Below, one piece after another: positions 30,523 to 41,862 of a DNA stretch of 64,000 nucleotides (positions are counted from its first letter, which is position 1; the number at the start of each line of letters is the position of its first letter). The position numbers and the translations under genes are program-made. Origin of the DNA: an uncultured Planctomycetaceae bacterium (GTDB lineage Bacteria > Planctomycetota > Planctomycetia > Planctomycetales > Planctomycetaceae). The stretch is taken from positions 160,001-224,000 of the forward strand of contig CAWFGE010000022.1 of assembly GCA_963815195.1 (NCBI GenBank). Reading direction: 5' to 3'. Below the pieces are notes generated by a model. The model was not told where the DNA came from and ran no database searches. It saw nothing but the letters and a program-made list of their open reading frames with translations.

Positions 30523-30696
30523 CCGGAAAATCCGAAATCCGAATCTCGAAATCCGAAACAAATGCCAATGACCGAAATTCCAATATCCAAACCCTGCGAG
30601 TCGGTTGTGCTTTACAAATCGAGGGATGGGTTTGGAACATTCGGATTTTGGATTTGTTTCGGATTTGGGATTTCGTGCTGCGGATTTGCACCAGAA
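30523..30696. repeat. ~170 bp palindromic AAATCCG heptamer element (copy B)
   Basis: Inverted copy of 20207..20372, including the non-heptamer part. Confidence 0.85.
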
Positions 30697-30720
30697 CCTG
30701 CGCCGAATTGCGAGGGTGAT

Positions 30721-31632
30721 TTAACCCTCGGATTCGACGTGCACTTTTTGGCTCGGCACGCAGCGATCGCAAATAACCTGGATAAACTCGGCCCCCAAAA
30801 ACAGCAAATGGCTCGCATAATACAGCCACAACAGAATCGCCAGGAACGACCCCAAGGTGCCGTAGGCGTTCGTGTAGCGGGTTCCGATCAAGATGTTGGA
30901 TAAGACATGCCGGCCCGCTTCCCATCCCACCGCGACGAGCACCGCCCCGGCCAGGGCTTCCCGCCAGCGGATTTTCACCTTCGGCAGCAACCGGTACAGC
31001 AATGTGAAAGCCAGCGTATTCAGCACCAGGCTCGCCGTCCAATCCGTGATCCGGGCCAGAACGTCGGGGATCGGCAGCCACCGCGACGCGAACTGTTCGA
31101 GCGCCGTGACGGTCATCCCGGCGATGAAAATCGCCAGGATCAAGAGGCCCACCGAACACAGCATAACAAACGCGCGAAACCTCTCCAGCACCAGGTGGCG
31201 GAGCGATTGCACGACGCCCATTTCCTCAGGCTCGGGCACGTTCCAAATCACGTCGAAGGCCCGTTCGAACTGGGCGAAAATCGCGACCGCTCCGAACAGC
31301 ATGCCCGCGATCCCCAGGACCCCGTTCAGCGAGGCGTCTTGCTGAACCTGGCTCAAAACGGATTCGAGTTGCTCCCGCAACTCGGGCGAACCTTCTTGTT
31401 CGACCGCGGACAGCACTTCGTGCCGGGCGTCCTGGCCCAATGTCGTCGTCTTCAGAAAAAACCCCACGCCCGAAACCAGAACAATCAATAAGGGGAGCAG
31501 CGAAACGCCCGCGTAATAGGACACCGCGGCGGCCATCAAGCTGCCGTCGTCCCGCTGAAAGCGGCTCCAGGTCTCGCTGGCGGGATTCCAAATCGAGTTG
31601 ACGACCCAATTCCAGAACGTGTTTTTTATCAT
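30721..31632 (-). CDS. YihY/BrkB family membrane protein
   Basis: DDGSLMAAAVSYY..SLLP, AFDVIW, LYRLLP, YGTLGS..LLWLYY..LGAEF. Confidence 0.9.
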   Translation of the reverse strand: MIKNTFWNWVVNSIWNPASETWSRFQRDDGSLMAAAVSYYAGVSLLPLLIVLVSGVGFFLKTTTLGQDARHEVLSAVEQEGSPELREQLESVLSQVQQDASLNGVLGIAGMLFGAVAIFAQFERAFDVIWNVPEPEEMGVVQSLRHLVLERFRAFVMLCSVGLLILAIFIAGMTVTALEQFASRWLPIPDVLARITDWTASLVLNTLAFTLLYRLLPKVKIRWREALAGAVLVAVGWEAGRHVLSNILIGTRYTNAYGTLGSFLAILLWLYYASHLLFLGAEFIQVICDRCVPSQKVHVESEG

Positions 31633-31794
31633 CGTGACTCAGGCGGATTTTGCAGTTGAGAATTGGCCCTCGGCTCGCCGGGCGGATGTATCATACTGCG
31701 TCGAAAACGCGGGAAACAGCGAGGGCCGTTTTCTTCCATGGCCTGGAAATGGTAGCCGGCAAACGGGAACCGCTCGAGGACGAAACCGCGGGCG

Positions 31795-33013
31795 TCAGTC
31801 GCTGCCGATGAACCGGGCGAGCGGCTTCGATTGTTCCAGATGCTGGAAAATGATTTTGAGGATCCCCAACAGCGGCACCGCGATCAGAATTCCCCCAATT
31901 CCCCAGACCCAGCCCCAAAACACGATAAATAAGAACACAACGGGAGGGTTCAGCTTCATGGACTGCCCCAAGATCATCGGCGTGATCACGTTGCCTTCGA
32001 GCATATTGATCAAGAGATAAAGGCCGGGGCCCGCCAAGGCCATGACCGGCGCATCGACATAAACGACTCCGATCAAAAACGTGACGGTCGTCCCCGCCAG
32101 GCAGCCGAGAAACGGAATGTAATTCAACATCATCGCCATGATTCCCAGCAGGATCGGGTCGGGGAATCCCAGCAAACCGAGCACGGTGCCGATCACCGTT
32201 CCGAGTCCAAAATTGATCGCGGTAATCGTGAGCAGAATATCGCGATATGCCCCGTTCCACGTTCCGAAGCATCAGCACGAAGGCCCGCTTGTTGTGAATC
32301 GTGGGCAACAATTCCACGACCGCGTTGGAGGTGCGGTGCCCCATCGCGAGCAGCAAGTACGTCAACACGACGGTGATCGTCGTTCCCGCCAGAAAACTCG
32401 CGGTGACGTTGAGAACGTCGTTGGTGATCGGCGGCTCCTCCACGGACACTTTGACCGCCTCGCTGCTGGGGCTTTTGGCGATCTCCGTCACTTCGCTGCT
32501 GGCGCGGTTCAGTTTGTGGATCGGCTCCGCAACGAACTCGAGCTTTTCCTTCGCCTTGTGCAACGTCTGCGGGGCGTTGGCGATCCAATTCGCGCCGGGC
32601 GTGAGGAACACCAGGCACACGGAACCCAAAAAGAGGCTCGTGGTTCCCACAGCGACCGCCGCGGCGACCGATTCGGGAATCCGCATTCGCATCAAATATC
32701 GCACGAACGGCGACAGGAGAAAGAACAGCACGAGCGCCAAGGTGATCGGAAACAAAATCGCCCGCGCAAAATAGCACAAATAAATCGCCGCGATGCTGGC
32801 CAACAAACCCAGCGAAAACCGGCCGCGATCCTTCGCCGGCGTTTTCGCATCGTCAGCCGGCGGGGGGACCGTATTCTCTTCGGATTCCGGCCCCGGTTCC
32901 GATTCGGAAGCGGCGTCCGCGGCCAACGCCGCCTCCAATTCCACCCCATCCGCGCCCACGCCTTCGCCGAGAGGTTGCTGTTCCGCCTGGGGGATAAATT
33001 GCGAGGTGGACAT
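31795..33013 (-). CDS. AI-2E family transporter (frameshift near 32240)
   Basis: N-terminal part in ORF 31691..33016; LNYIPFLG, EGNVITP..LNP, WGIGGILIAVP in ORF 31795..32196. Confidence 0.85.
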
Positions 33014-33402
33014 CAATAGTTTTCCTCAGTTTTCCTCAAAGGGGCTTCGAACGTTATGACCCATCGCGACAGCCCTGGGCCGTTGCCGGGACGGGTTTGT
33101 TCGTTCGTCTCTTCCATAACGGCGGCTTCCAGCCACCGAGATCGATTGGCAGCGGCAAGATGCCCCCGCCGATTTGATAAATGCTTTGCGGCGTACGGTG
33201 AAAATGTTGTGCCGAAGCCGTAAGCGAATTTTCACTCACCACTGGGGTCGGAAAAAAGCGGATCCGTGCGGTCGTTTATCGCGCAACTTGGTTTCCGATC
33301 GATCAGGAACTCCACCGGCGGGAACAGGCGTGTTGCTCTCTGGCGGGACGGAATTCGGGGAAACTCCCAAAAGGGCCTCTGAAAAAGGTGAATGCCGCGC
33401 CC

Positions 33403-33418
33403 CGGCACCGGTTTTGCA
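33403..33418 (+). promoter_or_regulatory. Putative sigma-54 promoter
   Basis: CGGCACCGGTTTTGCA (GG-N10-GC, TTGC at -12), upstream of CDS 33486. Confidence 0.55.
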
Positions 33419-33485
33419 TTGCCAGGGCCGCATCACGCATGTGTTACCATCCCGCGATCACTGACAGCTGAGGAGAAACAGCCCG

Positions 33486-33749
33486 ATGATTTCAAGCGTA
33501 AGCGAACGACGAAGTGTGGAAGATCACCGGCCGGAAACCGCCGACGAGGAATACGATTGGGCGTCCCCCGCTTCGGAGCAGGCGGACAATCAGCCCTACC
33601 TGCCTTCGCCCTGGGAAATCGAACAGGTCTGCCGGGAAATCCGCCGCGGCTGGTCCGAAGCCGAGCATCGTCGGCGGGCAGGCCACACTTCGGCCCCCTT
33701 GCGACTCGCCGTTCGTCCCTGCCGAATTTCGCTGTGCGACGCGGGCTGA
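33486..33749 (+). CDS. Small hypothetical protein
   Basis: GAGGAG RBS; YLPSPWEIEQVCREIRRGWSEAEHRRR motif. Confidence 0.6.
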   Translation: MISSVSERRSVEDHRPETADEEYDWASPASEQADNQPYLPSPWEIEQVCREIRRGWSEAEHRRRAGHTSAPLRLAVRPCRISLCDAG

Positions 33750-33947
33750 TCCCCTGTCGAGGTGGCTGCCATCGGCTCGTCGTTGCCGAGCCGGTTTTCT
33801 TGGTCAAACTGCGGAATTTGGGAAATTCGCTTCAGGCGCGAACCTTTAATAGCCGAAAAATTTGATTGAAGGAGTAAACCATTTCCTTCTGGGAGCGGTT
33901 TTTCTCAGGCGTCAAATTTACAGCGGGCCATTCCAAAGGGAGACGCG

Positions 33948-34592
33948 ATGTTCCGTTTCGTTCCCCCCTCCGATTCCTCGACTCTTCCCGGCACTGGGCC
34001 GTACGGTTCCACCGCCGCCAATCCTGCTGAAACAGCCGAGGAGCCGACGCCCGAACCGTCCAACGCAGCGGCCGTCGACATCGTGGACAACGTGATGCGG
34101 GCGGCCCATCGCTTGCGGGGACTGCTCAATTCGCATTTGGGGCAGTTCGAGTTGACGGACATCCGCTATGCCGTGCTCCAGGCGATTCGCGAAACGGCTT
34201 CCAACGGCTGCTCGCAAAAAGATTTGTCAAACCGGCTCAATCAAACGGAATCCAGCATCAGCACGCTGATCGAACGCATGCGGCAAAGCGGTTTGCTTTA
34301 CCGCCTGCCTTCGACGGTGGACCGCCGGCGGAAAGTGTTGTTGCTTTCGGAACTCGGCCGCGAAACCTTGGCGAAAGCTGAGGAATTTCACAGCCGACGG
34401 GTGGCCGCTTTGCTCACGTGCTTCAATACCACCGACAAAAACACGCTGGCCCGGTTGCTCAAGATTTGGGTCGAGGAACTCAGCCAACTGCCCGCCGACG
34501 CCGCTCGCGCCGCGATGCCCGCGGACGAAGGCGATCTGGACGACTCGCCGTTGAGCTTTTCCTTCGGCAGCCAACAAAAACCCGCCGCGTAA
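33948..34592 (+). CDS. MarR-family transcriptional regulator
   Basis: SQKDLS..ISTLIERM..GLLYR..DRRRKVLLLSELG; AGGGAG RBS. Confidence 0.85.
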   Translation: MFRFVPPSDSSTLPGTGPYGSTAANPAETAEEPTPEPSNAAAVDIVDNVMRAAHRLRGLLNSHLGQFELTDIRYAVLQAIRETASNGCSQKDLSNRLNQTESSISTLIERMRQSGLLYRLPSTVDRRRKVLLLSELGRETLAKAEEFHSRRVAALLTCFNTTDKNTLARLLKIWVEELSQLPADAARAAMPADEGDLDDSPLSFSFGSQQKPAA

Positions 34593-34596
34593 TCCT

Positions 34597-34770
34597 GTGA
34601 GCGGAAGGGCGCTAGCCCCCGGCCTTTTCAACGGAAGTTTGGATATTACAAGGCCGGCGGCTAGCGCCGTGCCGCTCACAAACACCGGCGGCTAGCGCCG
34701 TGCCGCTCACAAACACCGGCGGCTAGCGCCGTGCCGCTCACAAACACCGGCGGCTAGCGCCGTGCCGCTC
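34597..34770. repeat. REP-like inverted repeat whose right arm is tandemly amplified (31-bp unit, 4 copies, last one truncated)
   Basis: CCGGCGGCTAGCGCCGTGCCGCTCACAAACA starts at 34654, 34685, 34716 and 34747; inverted partner gtgagcggaagggcgctagcccccgg at 34597. Confidence 0.9.
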
Positions 34771-34932
34771 TTTAAAACTTGCGCTTCGGGCGAGTGTCTT
34801 TCAGCTCGCAAACTTTTCGCATCGGTTGCAATCCCCCGCCGGGCGGGACATGATCTTTCAATCGCCGCGGGAACAGCGCGTTTTGTTCCCCCAAGCGGCG
34901 CCCTTCATGTCCTGAGTCACGGGGGTCATCCA

Positions 34933-36762
34933 ATGCGCCGATCAACACGCTTTCCACGCCGCCGGTTTGTTTCGCTGTCCGTTTGGGTTGGAATCGTCTT
35001 CTTTTCGCTCGCGGTCGCCTCCGCCGATTGGGCCGAAGACCAAATCCCCAAACTCCCCGCGGCTGAAAAAGCCCAGCACCTCTTCAACGGCAAAGACTTC
35101 ACCGGCTGGGAAGGGCAGATCGGCAAATACTTCAGCATCGAAGACGCCGAAATCGTCGCCAAGAACTCCGCCGAGAACGCCCCCAAAGCCAGCACCTATC
35201 TCGTCACGAAAAAGCCCTACCGCAACTTCCGCTTGATCTTTGAAGCCAAATTGGTCCAAAGCGAGATGCATTCCGGCATTGCGCTGTGGGGGAAGACCGT
35301 CGAGAAAGAAGGCGACCCCTTCAGCTATATGGGCCACCTGGTGATGTTTCCCTCCGGCTATGGGTATTACGATCTCTACCGCCGGAACAGCATCTACCCC
35401 GACAAAGACGGCGTCGCCAAAAAAGCCGGCAAACAGCACGACTGGAACCGCATGGAGATCCTCGCCATCGGCAACCGGATCCGGCACGTCATCAACGGAA
35501 AACTCGTCGCCGACTGGTCCGATCCCAAGCCCGAACTCTGCCAAAGCGGCCCCATCGGTTTGCAGTTGCATTCCAACAAGGTCGCGCAGGAGGTCCGCTT
35601 CCGCGGCCTGGTGCTTACGGAAAACCCCACGGAAGATCTCGTCACGGTAACCGCCGATGCCAAGGAAAAGACCTCTGCGACATCCAATGACAAAGCCGAC
35701 GCCATCGACCAACGGATGCAAGAATACGTGGAAAAAGGCCGGGCCGCGGGCGTGGTGACTCTGGTCGCCAAAGACGGCAAGATCGCCCACCTGGGGGCGG
35801 TGGGGCAAGCGGACATTGCGGACAAGAAGCCCATGCGGACCGACACGCTGTTCGCCATCGCCTCGATGACCAAACCCATCACCGCGACCGCCGTGATGAT
35901 TTTGCAGGATGAAGGCAAGCTCTTGGTGAGCGATCCCGTCTCGAAATACATTCCCGAGTTCCGCGATGTCGCCCTCAAAGACGGCGGCAGCGTGCGGCCG
36001 ATCACGATCAAGGATCTAATGACGCACACCTCCGGCGTCGTCGGCAACCAGCAAAACGAAGGCAGCCTCCAAGAGACCGCCATTCAAATGGCCAAACGCC
36101 CGCTCGGTTTCGAGCCGGGCTCGAAATGGGAATACAGCCCCGGCATGTCGATCTGCGGCCGGGTGATCGAAGTCGCCTCGGGAAAGCCTTACGACAAGTT
36201 TTTAGAGGAGCGAATCTTCCAGCCGCTGAAGATGACGGACACCACGTTCCATCCCTCTCCCAAGCAGCAACAAAGGATCGCGAAACTCTATCAGCCCGGA
36301 CAGAACGGCCAACCCTTCGCCGAGGCTTCGCATTGGCTCGTGGATTTCTCCGAACCGCATTCGCCGAACCCCTCCGGCGGATTGTTCTCCACCGCCAAAG
36401 ACTTGTTCCGCTTCTATCAAATGGTCTTAAACGGCGGAGAACTCGACGGCCAGCGGATCCTTTCTAAAGCAGCCGTCCAACAGATGACCCGCGTGCAGAC
36501 CGGCGAGATCAAAACCGGCTTCACGCCGGGCAACGGCTGGGGCCTGGGTTGGTGCGTGGTCCGCGAACCTCAGGGCATCACCGCGAACGTGTCGCCGGGC
36601 ACGTTCGGCCACGGCGGAGCCTTCGGCACCCAAGGCTGGGTCGATCCCGAGCGCAACATGATCTTCGTGCTGTTGATCCAGCGCACAAAGTTCGGCAACA
36701 GCGACGGCTCCAACATCCGCGCCGCCTTCCAAGAAACCGCCGTGCAAACCCTGGCGAAGTAG
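34933..36762 (+). CDS. Secreted DUF1080 + serine hydrolase (beta-lactamase fold) fusion
   Basis: LFNGKDFTGW..WNRMEI..GPIGLQLH, followed by ASMTK (SxxK), LMTHTSG, WEYS, FGHGG. Confidence 0.85.
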   Translation: MRRSTRFPRRRFVSLSVWVGIVFFSLAVASADWAEDQIPKLPAAEKAQHLFNGKDFTGWEGQIGKYFSIEDAEIVAKNSAENAPKASTYLVTKKPYRNFRLIFEAKLVQSEMHSGIALWGKTVEKEGDPFSYMGHLVMFPSGYGYYDLYRRNSIYPDKDGVAKKAGKQHDWNRMEILAIGNRIRHVINGKLVADWSDPKPELCQSGPIGLQLHSNKVAQEVRFRGLVLTENPTEDLVTVTADAKEKTSATSNDKADAIDQRMQEYVEKGRAAGVVTLVAKDGKIAHLGAVGQADIADKKPMRTDTLFAIASMTKPITATAVMILQDEGKLLVSDPVSKYIPEFRDVALKDGGSVRPITIKDLMTHTSGVVGNQQNEGSLQETAIQMAKRPLGFEPGSKWEYSPGMSICGRVIEVASGKPYDKFLEERIFQPLKMTDTTFHPSPKQQQRIAKLYQPGQNGQPFAEASHWLVDFSEPHSPNPSGGLFSTAKDLFRFYQMVLNGGELDGQRILSKAAVQQMTRVQTGEIKTGFTPGNGWGLGWCVVREPQGITANVSPGTFGHGGAFGTQGWVDPERNMIFVLLIQRTKFGNSDGSNIRAAFQETAVQTLAK

Positions 36763-36783
36763 GTTCAGTCATTCCAAAAAGGC

Positions 36784-36856
36784 GAGAGCCGCGCACGAAG
36801 TCAGCGGTTGTGCGATCGCCGAATGCAAGAAACCGCTTACTTCGTGCGCGGCTCTC
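36784..36856. repeat. REP-like inverted repeat (same family as 26943)
   Basis: gagagccgcgcacgaagtcagcgg ... ccgcttacttcgtgcgcggctctc. Confidence 0.8.
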
Positions 36857-36913
36857 AAGAAAGCAAATCATTTTCCGAATTCTCTGCACCCGCTGAGTTT
36901 GGGAACTAATGCC

Positions 36914-38035
36914 GTGAAGATCACCCACATCGAAACCTACCCCGTGCGGATTCCGCTCAAACCGGAACGCCGGATGGTCTCCGCGCTCGGTTCGCACGAG
37001 GTTTCCGAGTACCTGTTGGTGCGGTTGGAAACCGACGCGGGGATCGAAGGTGCGGGCGAAGCCACCGTCATGCCGCGGTGGAGCGGCGAAACGGTCTGGA
37101 CTGCGAAGACCCTCATCGACAACATCTTCACGCCCCGGTTGATCGGCATCGATCCGTTCGATGTGCCCCGCATCGATCAACTAATGGATCAATCCGCCCA
37201 GTGCAATTGGTTCGCCAAGTCCGCGATCGAAATGGCCTGCTGGGACATCCGCGGCAAAGCGGAGAAGAAACCCATTTACGAACTCTTGGGCGGAGCGAAA
37301 CGGCCGCTGCCGATCCGCTGCCGATTTTCGATGGGAGCCTATCCGCCGGAACGGGCGAGGTCGCGAACGAAGGAACTTGTGGAAGCCGGCTTCACGACGA
37401 TCAAAGTCAAAGTCGGCACCGTTTTGGAAGAGGACGTGGAGCGGGTGCGGATCGTCCGCGAAACGATGGGGCCGGATTTGGATTTGGTGATCGACGCCAA
37501 CTGCGGCTACGATGTGCCCACCGCCATCCGGGCTTGCGAGCTGATGGAAGATTTAAACGTTGGCCTGTTCGAGCAACCGACGCCGCGGGGGGATTTTCAC
37601 GGCCTCGCGGAAGTCCGCCGGTCGATCAAACCCCAAGTGATGGCCGACGATATTTGCTTCGATTTCTACGATGCCGTGGAATGCATTCGCCACTCGGCCT
37701 GCGATGTGATCAGTATCTATCCCGGCAAGAACGGCGGCATTCGCAAGTCCCAACAGATCGCAAACTACGCCGCCGAGCACGGCATCGCGTGCAGCATCGG
37801 CTCCAACCTCGAACTCGACGTGGCCTCCGCCGCGATGTGCCATCTGGTCGTGGGCTGCGAGAACCTCCAAGTGGAACATTACCCCGGCGACATCTTAGGC
37901 CCCGAGTACCACGAGTTCTCCATCGTCGAGAACCCCTTAAAAATCGCAGGCCCGATCATCACCTTAAACGATGCCCCCGGCCTGGGCATCACCGTCAACT
38001 GGGACCGCGTCCGCGCCAACCCGTGCCCGCAGTAA
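36914..38035 (+). CDS. Mandelate racemase/muconate lactonizing enzyme family protein
   Basis: KVKVG, IDANCG, FEQP, MADD, PGLGI enolase-superfamily motifs. Confidence 0.88.
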   Translation: MKITHIETYPVRIPLKPERRMVSALGSHEVSEYLLVRLETDAGIEGAGEATVMPRWSGETVWTAKTLIDNIFTPRLIGIDPFDVPRIDQLMDQSAQCNWFAKSAIEMACWDIRGKAEKKPIYELLGGAKRPLPIRCRFSMGAYPPERARSRTKELVEAGFTTIKVKVGTVLEEDVERVRIVRETMGPDLDLVIDANCGYDVPTAIRACELMEDLNVGLFEQPTPRGDFHGLAEVRRSIKPQVMADDICFDFYDAVECIRHSACDVISIYPGKNGGIRKSQQIANYAAEHGIACSIGSNLELDVASAAMCHLVVGCENLQVEHYPGDILGPEYHEFSIVENPLKIAGPIITLNDAPGLGITVNWDRVRANPCPQ

Positions 38036-38165
38036 GACGATCGAAAGAAAGTCGCCCATTGCTCCGCGATGGTCGCGTTTTTTCCGGACGGGGTTTTCTT
38101 CGAGTGGTTTTGAACGGCCAACGCCGGTTCTTTATCGCGCGATCTTCGCGGAGCGAAGGGCGACT

Positions 38166-39548
38166 TTAGATCTCCAGCACGGACTGGCCCTTCGGCAGAT
38201 CGAAACAGACGATGATCCCGTTGTTCCCTTTGAGCCAAGTGCCCGATTTTAGATCCAGCGGTTTGGTGACTTCTTCGAACGTCAACATCTTCTCGCCGGT
38301 GCGCAGCCGCGGCGGCTTTGAACCGGATTGCGGGAGCTTCAACGTAAACTGCCGCGCGGCAAAGGGGGCGTTGATCGAAAAGCCCTCAGCGGTTTTTTGA
38401 ATCTTCGTGAGTTCCTTCGCGGCCCAATAGCGGGCGATTTCGCTGAGCTTCATCCACTGGGTCTGTTCGCGGAACCGTCCGTGGAGCGCGAGGACGACTT
38501 TCTGGAACGCGTGGAATCCCGTCTTCTCGCCGCTCGAATACATCCCCGGCCAATGGCAGAGCATCAACGCCGGCTCGCCGCGCTCGATGAGTTCCACCAT
38601 CCGGCCGCTGGTGGCGTCGGCATTGGCATAACGATCGGGTTCCGGCGTGCGGTCGCCCTGCCAGCCGCCGAACCAGTCGCCCGTGCCCGCCGGGATGTTC
38701 ACGGTCAGGTCGACTTCGCCGTTTGATGTCCGCTGGAGATGCTCGATCTTGGGGGCGGTGCTTTCTTTTCCCGTGTTGACGTATTTGAAGTAATGCGGGA
38801 TCTCGGCGGAGAACACGTCCCGCACCGCCTGCCCGACGGCGAGCGAAAGCTCCGACTTCACCCGGCCCCCGAACCCGCCCGGCGTGGTGATGCCCTCGCA
38901 GGGGAGGCCGCAGTTCTTCAAGATTTGCAATGCATACGCCAAATACGCCGCAAGTTCGTCCGCGGACTTTTGCTCCTGCGGGTAGGAATTCTCCATCGTG
39001 GCCGGATTGACCTCCGCCATCGGGCGGCCGGTTTTGAGATCGATGACCCGCGTGTGCGTGATCATTTCGGGATGAATGTCCCAATTCGGCAGCATCAGGT
39101 CCCGCACCAGCTTCAGGCTGTTTTCGAGTTCCTTTCGCGGCCAGCCCGGCAGCTCGCGGTCGAGCCAGCCCACGCACGCGGGATAAGGCACGATGCTGTA
39201 TTTGCCCTTCACGCCTTGTTCGCCGCACCATTCGCCGAACTCGCGGACGAAGGCGTCCGGAATCTCGCGAGGCCATTTCCGCCAGTCTTTGTTGTACTCC
39301 GCCCGGTCGGGATAGCAGCTTTGAAACTGGGGCGTGCAGAAATGCCCCATGTTCACGAGGCAGGTGGAATCGTCGATGATGAACGACAACGGCACCCGCA
39401 TCCGCGGATGCAACACCTCCGCACCGCCGGCCGGTTTGCCGCTGGTCGGCTCCGCGGACCAACCAGAAGTCCAGGGATAAGCCAAGCCCGCTCCCGCAAT
39501 GGCGGAAGACGCCTTCAAAAACTCGCGCCGCGAACCGGTCCAGTTCAT
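38166..39548 (-). CDS. Tat-exported hypothetical protein
   Basis: SRREFLK twin-arginine motif; IIDDST and HPEMITHT segments. Confidence 0.75.
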   Translation of the reverse strand: MNWTGSRREFLKASSAIAGAGLAYPWTSGWSAEPTSGKPAGGAEVLHPRMRVPLSFIIDDSTCLVNMGHFCTPQFQSCYPDRAEYNKDWRKWPREIPDAFVREFGEWCGEQGVKGKYSIVPYPACVGWLDRELPGWPRKELENSLKLVRDLMLPNWDIHPEMITHTRVIDLKTGRPMAEVNPATMENSYPQEQKSADELAAYLAYALQILKNCGLPCEGITTPGGFGGRVKSELSLAVGQAVRDVFSAEIPHYFKYVNTGKESTAPKIEHLQRTSNGEVDLTVNIPAGTGDWFGGWQGDRTPEPDRYANADATSGRMVELIERGEPALMLCHWPGMYSSGEKTGFHAFQKVVLALHGRFREQTQWMKLSEIARYWAAKELTKIQKTAEGFSINAPFAARQFTLKLPQSGSKPPRLRTGEKMLTFEEVTKPLDLKSGTWLKGNNGIIVCFDLPKGQSVLEI

Positions 39549-39697
39549 CGATCTGCTCCATAATGCCAAAGTACGGGGCATCACACCATTGTATCTCTCT
39601 GTGGATCTCCTATGGTATCATAGACACAGTGAGATAAAAGCAAGACAGGCCCCGCCGCTCGTGCAATGACGATGTCTTGCAAGAAAACTGGGGCATC

Positions 39698-39786
39698 GGG
39701 TGCCACTGGCAACTTGTTGCCAGTGTTTTGCGCTTGCAGGCTGAGTCAATGCAGAATGCACGGGCAGCAAGCTGCCAGTGGCACCC
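39698..39786. repeat. REP-like inverted repeat (GGGTGCCACTGGCA ... TGCCAGTGGCACCC)
   Basis: 14-bp perfect terminal arms with internal hairpin, intergenic. Confidence 0.8.
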
Positions 39787-39850
39787 AGCAAGGACACGAT
39801 TCTTCCGAATTGGAATTGACAACGCGAGTAACAACCCGAAGGCTGGATTC

Positions 39851-41827
39851 ATGGCTCAGACATCCGTTTCGACACCAAAAGACAAGCCGGCGGCAAACGC
39901 CGTTTCGTATGACGTCTCCCTGCTGACGAAAGACGATCTGTATCTGTTTAACGAAGGGACGCATCTCGATTTGCACCGGAAGCTCGGGGCGCATCTGATC
40001 GACCAGAACGGTCGCCGGGGCGTGTTTTTTGCGGTGTGGGCGCCGGATGCGCAGCAGGTTTCGGTGGTCGGGACGTTCAACGGCTGGAACCCCAAGAGCC
40101 ATCCGCTCCGCCCGCGCGAGCAGTCCGGGATTTGGGAAGGCTTCGTGCCAGAGATAGCCGAAGGCACCCTTTATAAATATCACATCCAATCCCGGATGAG
40201 CCAATACAATGTCAACAAGTCCGACCCGCTCGGCGTGTTTCACGAGGTCGCCCCCAAGACGGCGTCCATCGTATGGAGCCTGGACTACGAATGGCGTGAC
40301 CAGAACTGGATGGCGGAACGCAAAAAGTATAACTCCCTCAACTCCCCGATGTCCGTGTATGAGGTGCATCTCGGTTCCTGGCGGAGAATGCCCAGCGAGG
40401 GCTATCGTTCGCTAAGCTACCGCGAACTCGCCCCGCAACTGGCGGAGCATGTGAAGCAACTAGGACATACGCACGTCGAGTTTCTGCCGGTGATGGAGCA
40501 TCCGTTCTTCGGTTCCTGGGGCTATCAGGTCACGGGATACTATGCGCCGACGAGCCGCTATGGAACGCCGCAGGACTTTAAATATCTGATCGACTATCTG
40601 CACCAGGAAGGCATCGGCGTCATTCTCGACTGGGTGCCTTCGCATTTCCCGCAGGATGAGCACGGTCTAGGCTATTTCGACGGGACGCATCTCTATGAGC
40701 ACGCAGACCCCCGGCAGGGCTATCATCCCGATTGGCATAGTTTCATCTTTAACTATGGCCGCAACGAAGTCCGCGGGTTTCTATTAAGCAACGCCCTGTT
40801 CTGGCTGGAGGAATATCACGCGGACGGATTGCGCGTCGATGCGGTGGCCTCGATGCTCTACTTGGACTATTCCCGCCGGGAAGGAGAATGGGTTCCCAAC
40901 GATCACGGCGGACGCGAGAACCTGAACGCGATTTCCTTTTTGCGAAAGATGAACGAAGAGGTCTACCGCCGGTTTCCGGATGTGCAAACGATCGCCGAGG
41001 AATCCACTTCCTGGCCGATGGTCTCCAGGCCCACGCACATCGGCGGGCTGGGCTTCGGGCTCAAGTGGGACATGGGCTGGATGCATGATACGCTTCGCTA
41101 CTTTTCCCACGAGCCGATCTACCGCAAGTATCATCAGAACGAACTCACGTTCCGCATGGTCTATGCTTTTAACGAGAACTTCATGATGCCGCTCTCGCAT
41201 GATGAAGTCGTCCACGGCAAAGGCTCGCTCATCAATAAGATGCCCGGCGACGATTGGCAGAAGTTCGCCAACCTGCGACTACTCTATGCGTATTTATTCG
41301 GCCAACCGGGAAAGAAGCTGTTGTTTATGGGGTCCGAATTCGGCCAATGGTCGGAATGGCATCACGACGCCAGCCTGGATTGGGATCTCTTGGAAAGCAT
41401 CTATCACATCACCCTATTAAGGCTGGTGCAATCCCTTAACCGGGCCTATACCCGCGAGCCGGCGCTCTATGAATACGACTGCGATCCGCGGGGCTTTGAA
41501 TGGCTGGATGCGAGCGATTTTGAATCGAGCGTGATTAGCTTTCTTAGAAAGGGAAAAGGGCAGGACGAGCGCGTCGCCGTGTGCTGTAACTTTACGCCCG
41601 TTCCCAGACTGGAATATCGCATCGGCGTTCCGCACCCCGGGTATTGGCGGGAGATCATCAACACCGACGCCATCGAGCACGGCGGCAGCGGCCTGGGAAA
41701 CTTGGGCGGCGTCTATGCCGACAACACCCCCTGCCACGGCCGCAAACATTCGGTCTGCCTCACCCTGCCGCCTTTAGGCGCGGTGTATCTCAAGTGGGAA
41801 CCCAACGGCCCTGCTGATATCAAATAA
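39851..41827 (+). CDS. glgB: 1,4-alpha-glucan branching enzyme
   Basis: [54 protein letters not shown]. Confidence 0.95.
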   Translation: MAQTSVSTPKDKPAANAVSYDVSLLTKDDLYLFNEGTHLDLHRKLGAHLIDQNGRRGVFFAVWAPDAQQVSVVGTFNGWNPKSHPLRPREQSGIWEGFVPEIAEGTLYKYHIQSRMSQYNVNKSDPLGVFHEVAPKTASIVWSLDYEWRDQNWMAERKKYNSLNSPMSVYEVHLGSWRRMPSEGYRSLSYRELAPQLAEHVKQLGHTHVEFLPVMEHPFFGSWGYQVTGYYAPTSRYGTPQDFKYLIDYLHQEGIGVILDWVPSHFPQDEHGLGYFDGTHLYEHADPRQGYHPDWHSFIFNYGRNEVRGFLLSNALFWLEEYHADGLRVDAVASMLYLDYSRREGEWVPNDHGGRENLNAISFLRKMNEEVYRRFPDVQTIAEESTSWPMVSRPTHIGGLGFGLKWDMGWMHDTLRYFSHEPIYRKYHQNELTFRMVYAFNENFMMPLSHDEVVHGKGSLINKMPGDDWQKFANLRLLYAYLFGQPGKKLLFMGSEFGQWSEWHHDASLDWDLLESIYHITLLRLVQSLNRAYTREPALYEYDCDPRGFEWLDASDFESSVISFLRKGKGQDERVAVCCNFTPVPRLEYRIGVPHPGYWREIINTDAIEHGGSGLGNLGGVYADNTPCHGRKHSVCLTLPPLGAVYLKWEPNGPADIK

Positions 41828-41862
41828 GAATTGCCATAGGTTGAAAGCTAGCAGGATTGGAT

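Noticed and set aside
34654..34770. 31-bp tandem repeat as a CRISPR array
   Set aside because: Units are contiguous and identical, with no unique spacers.
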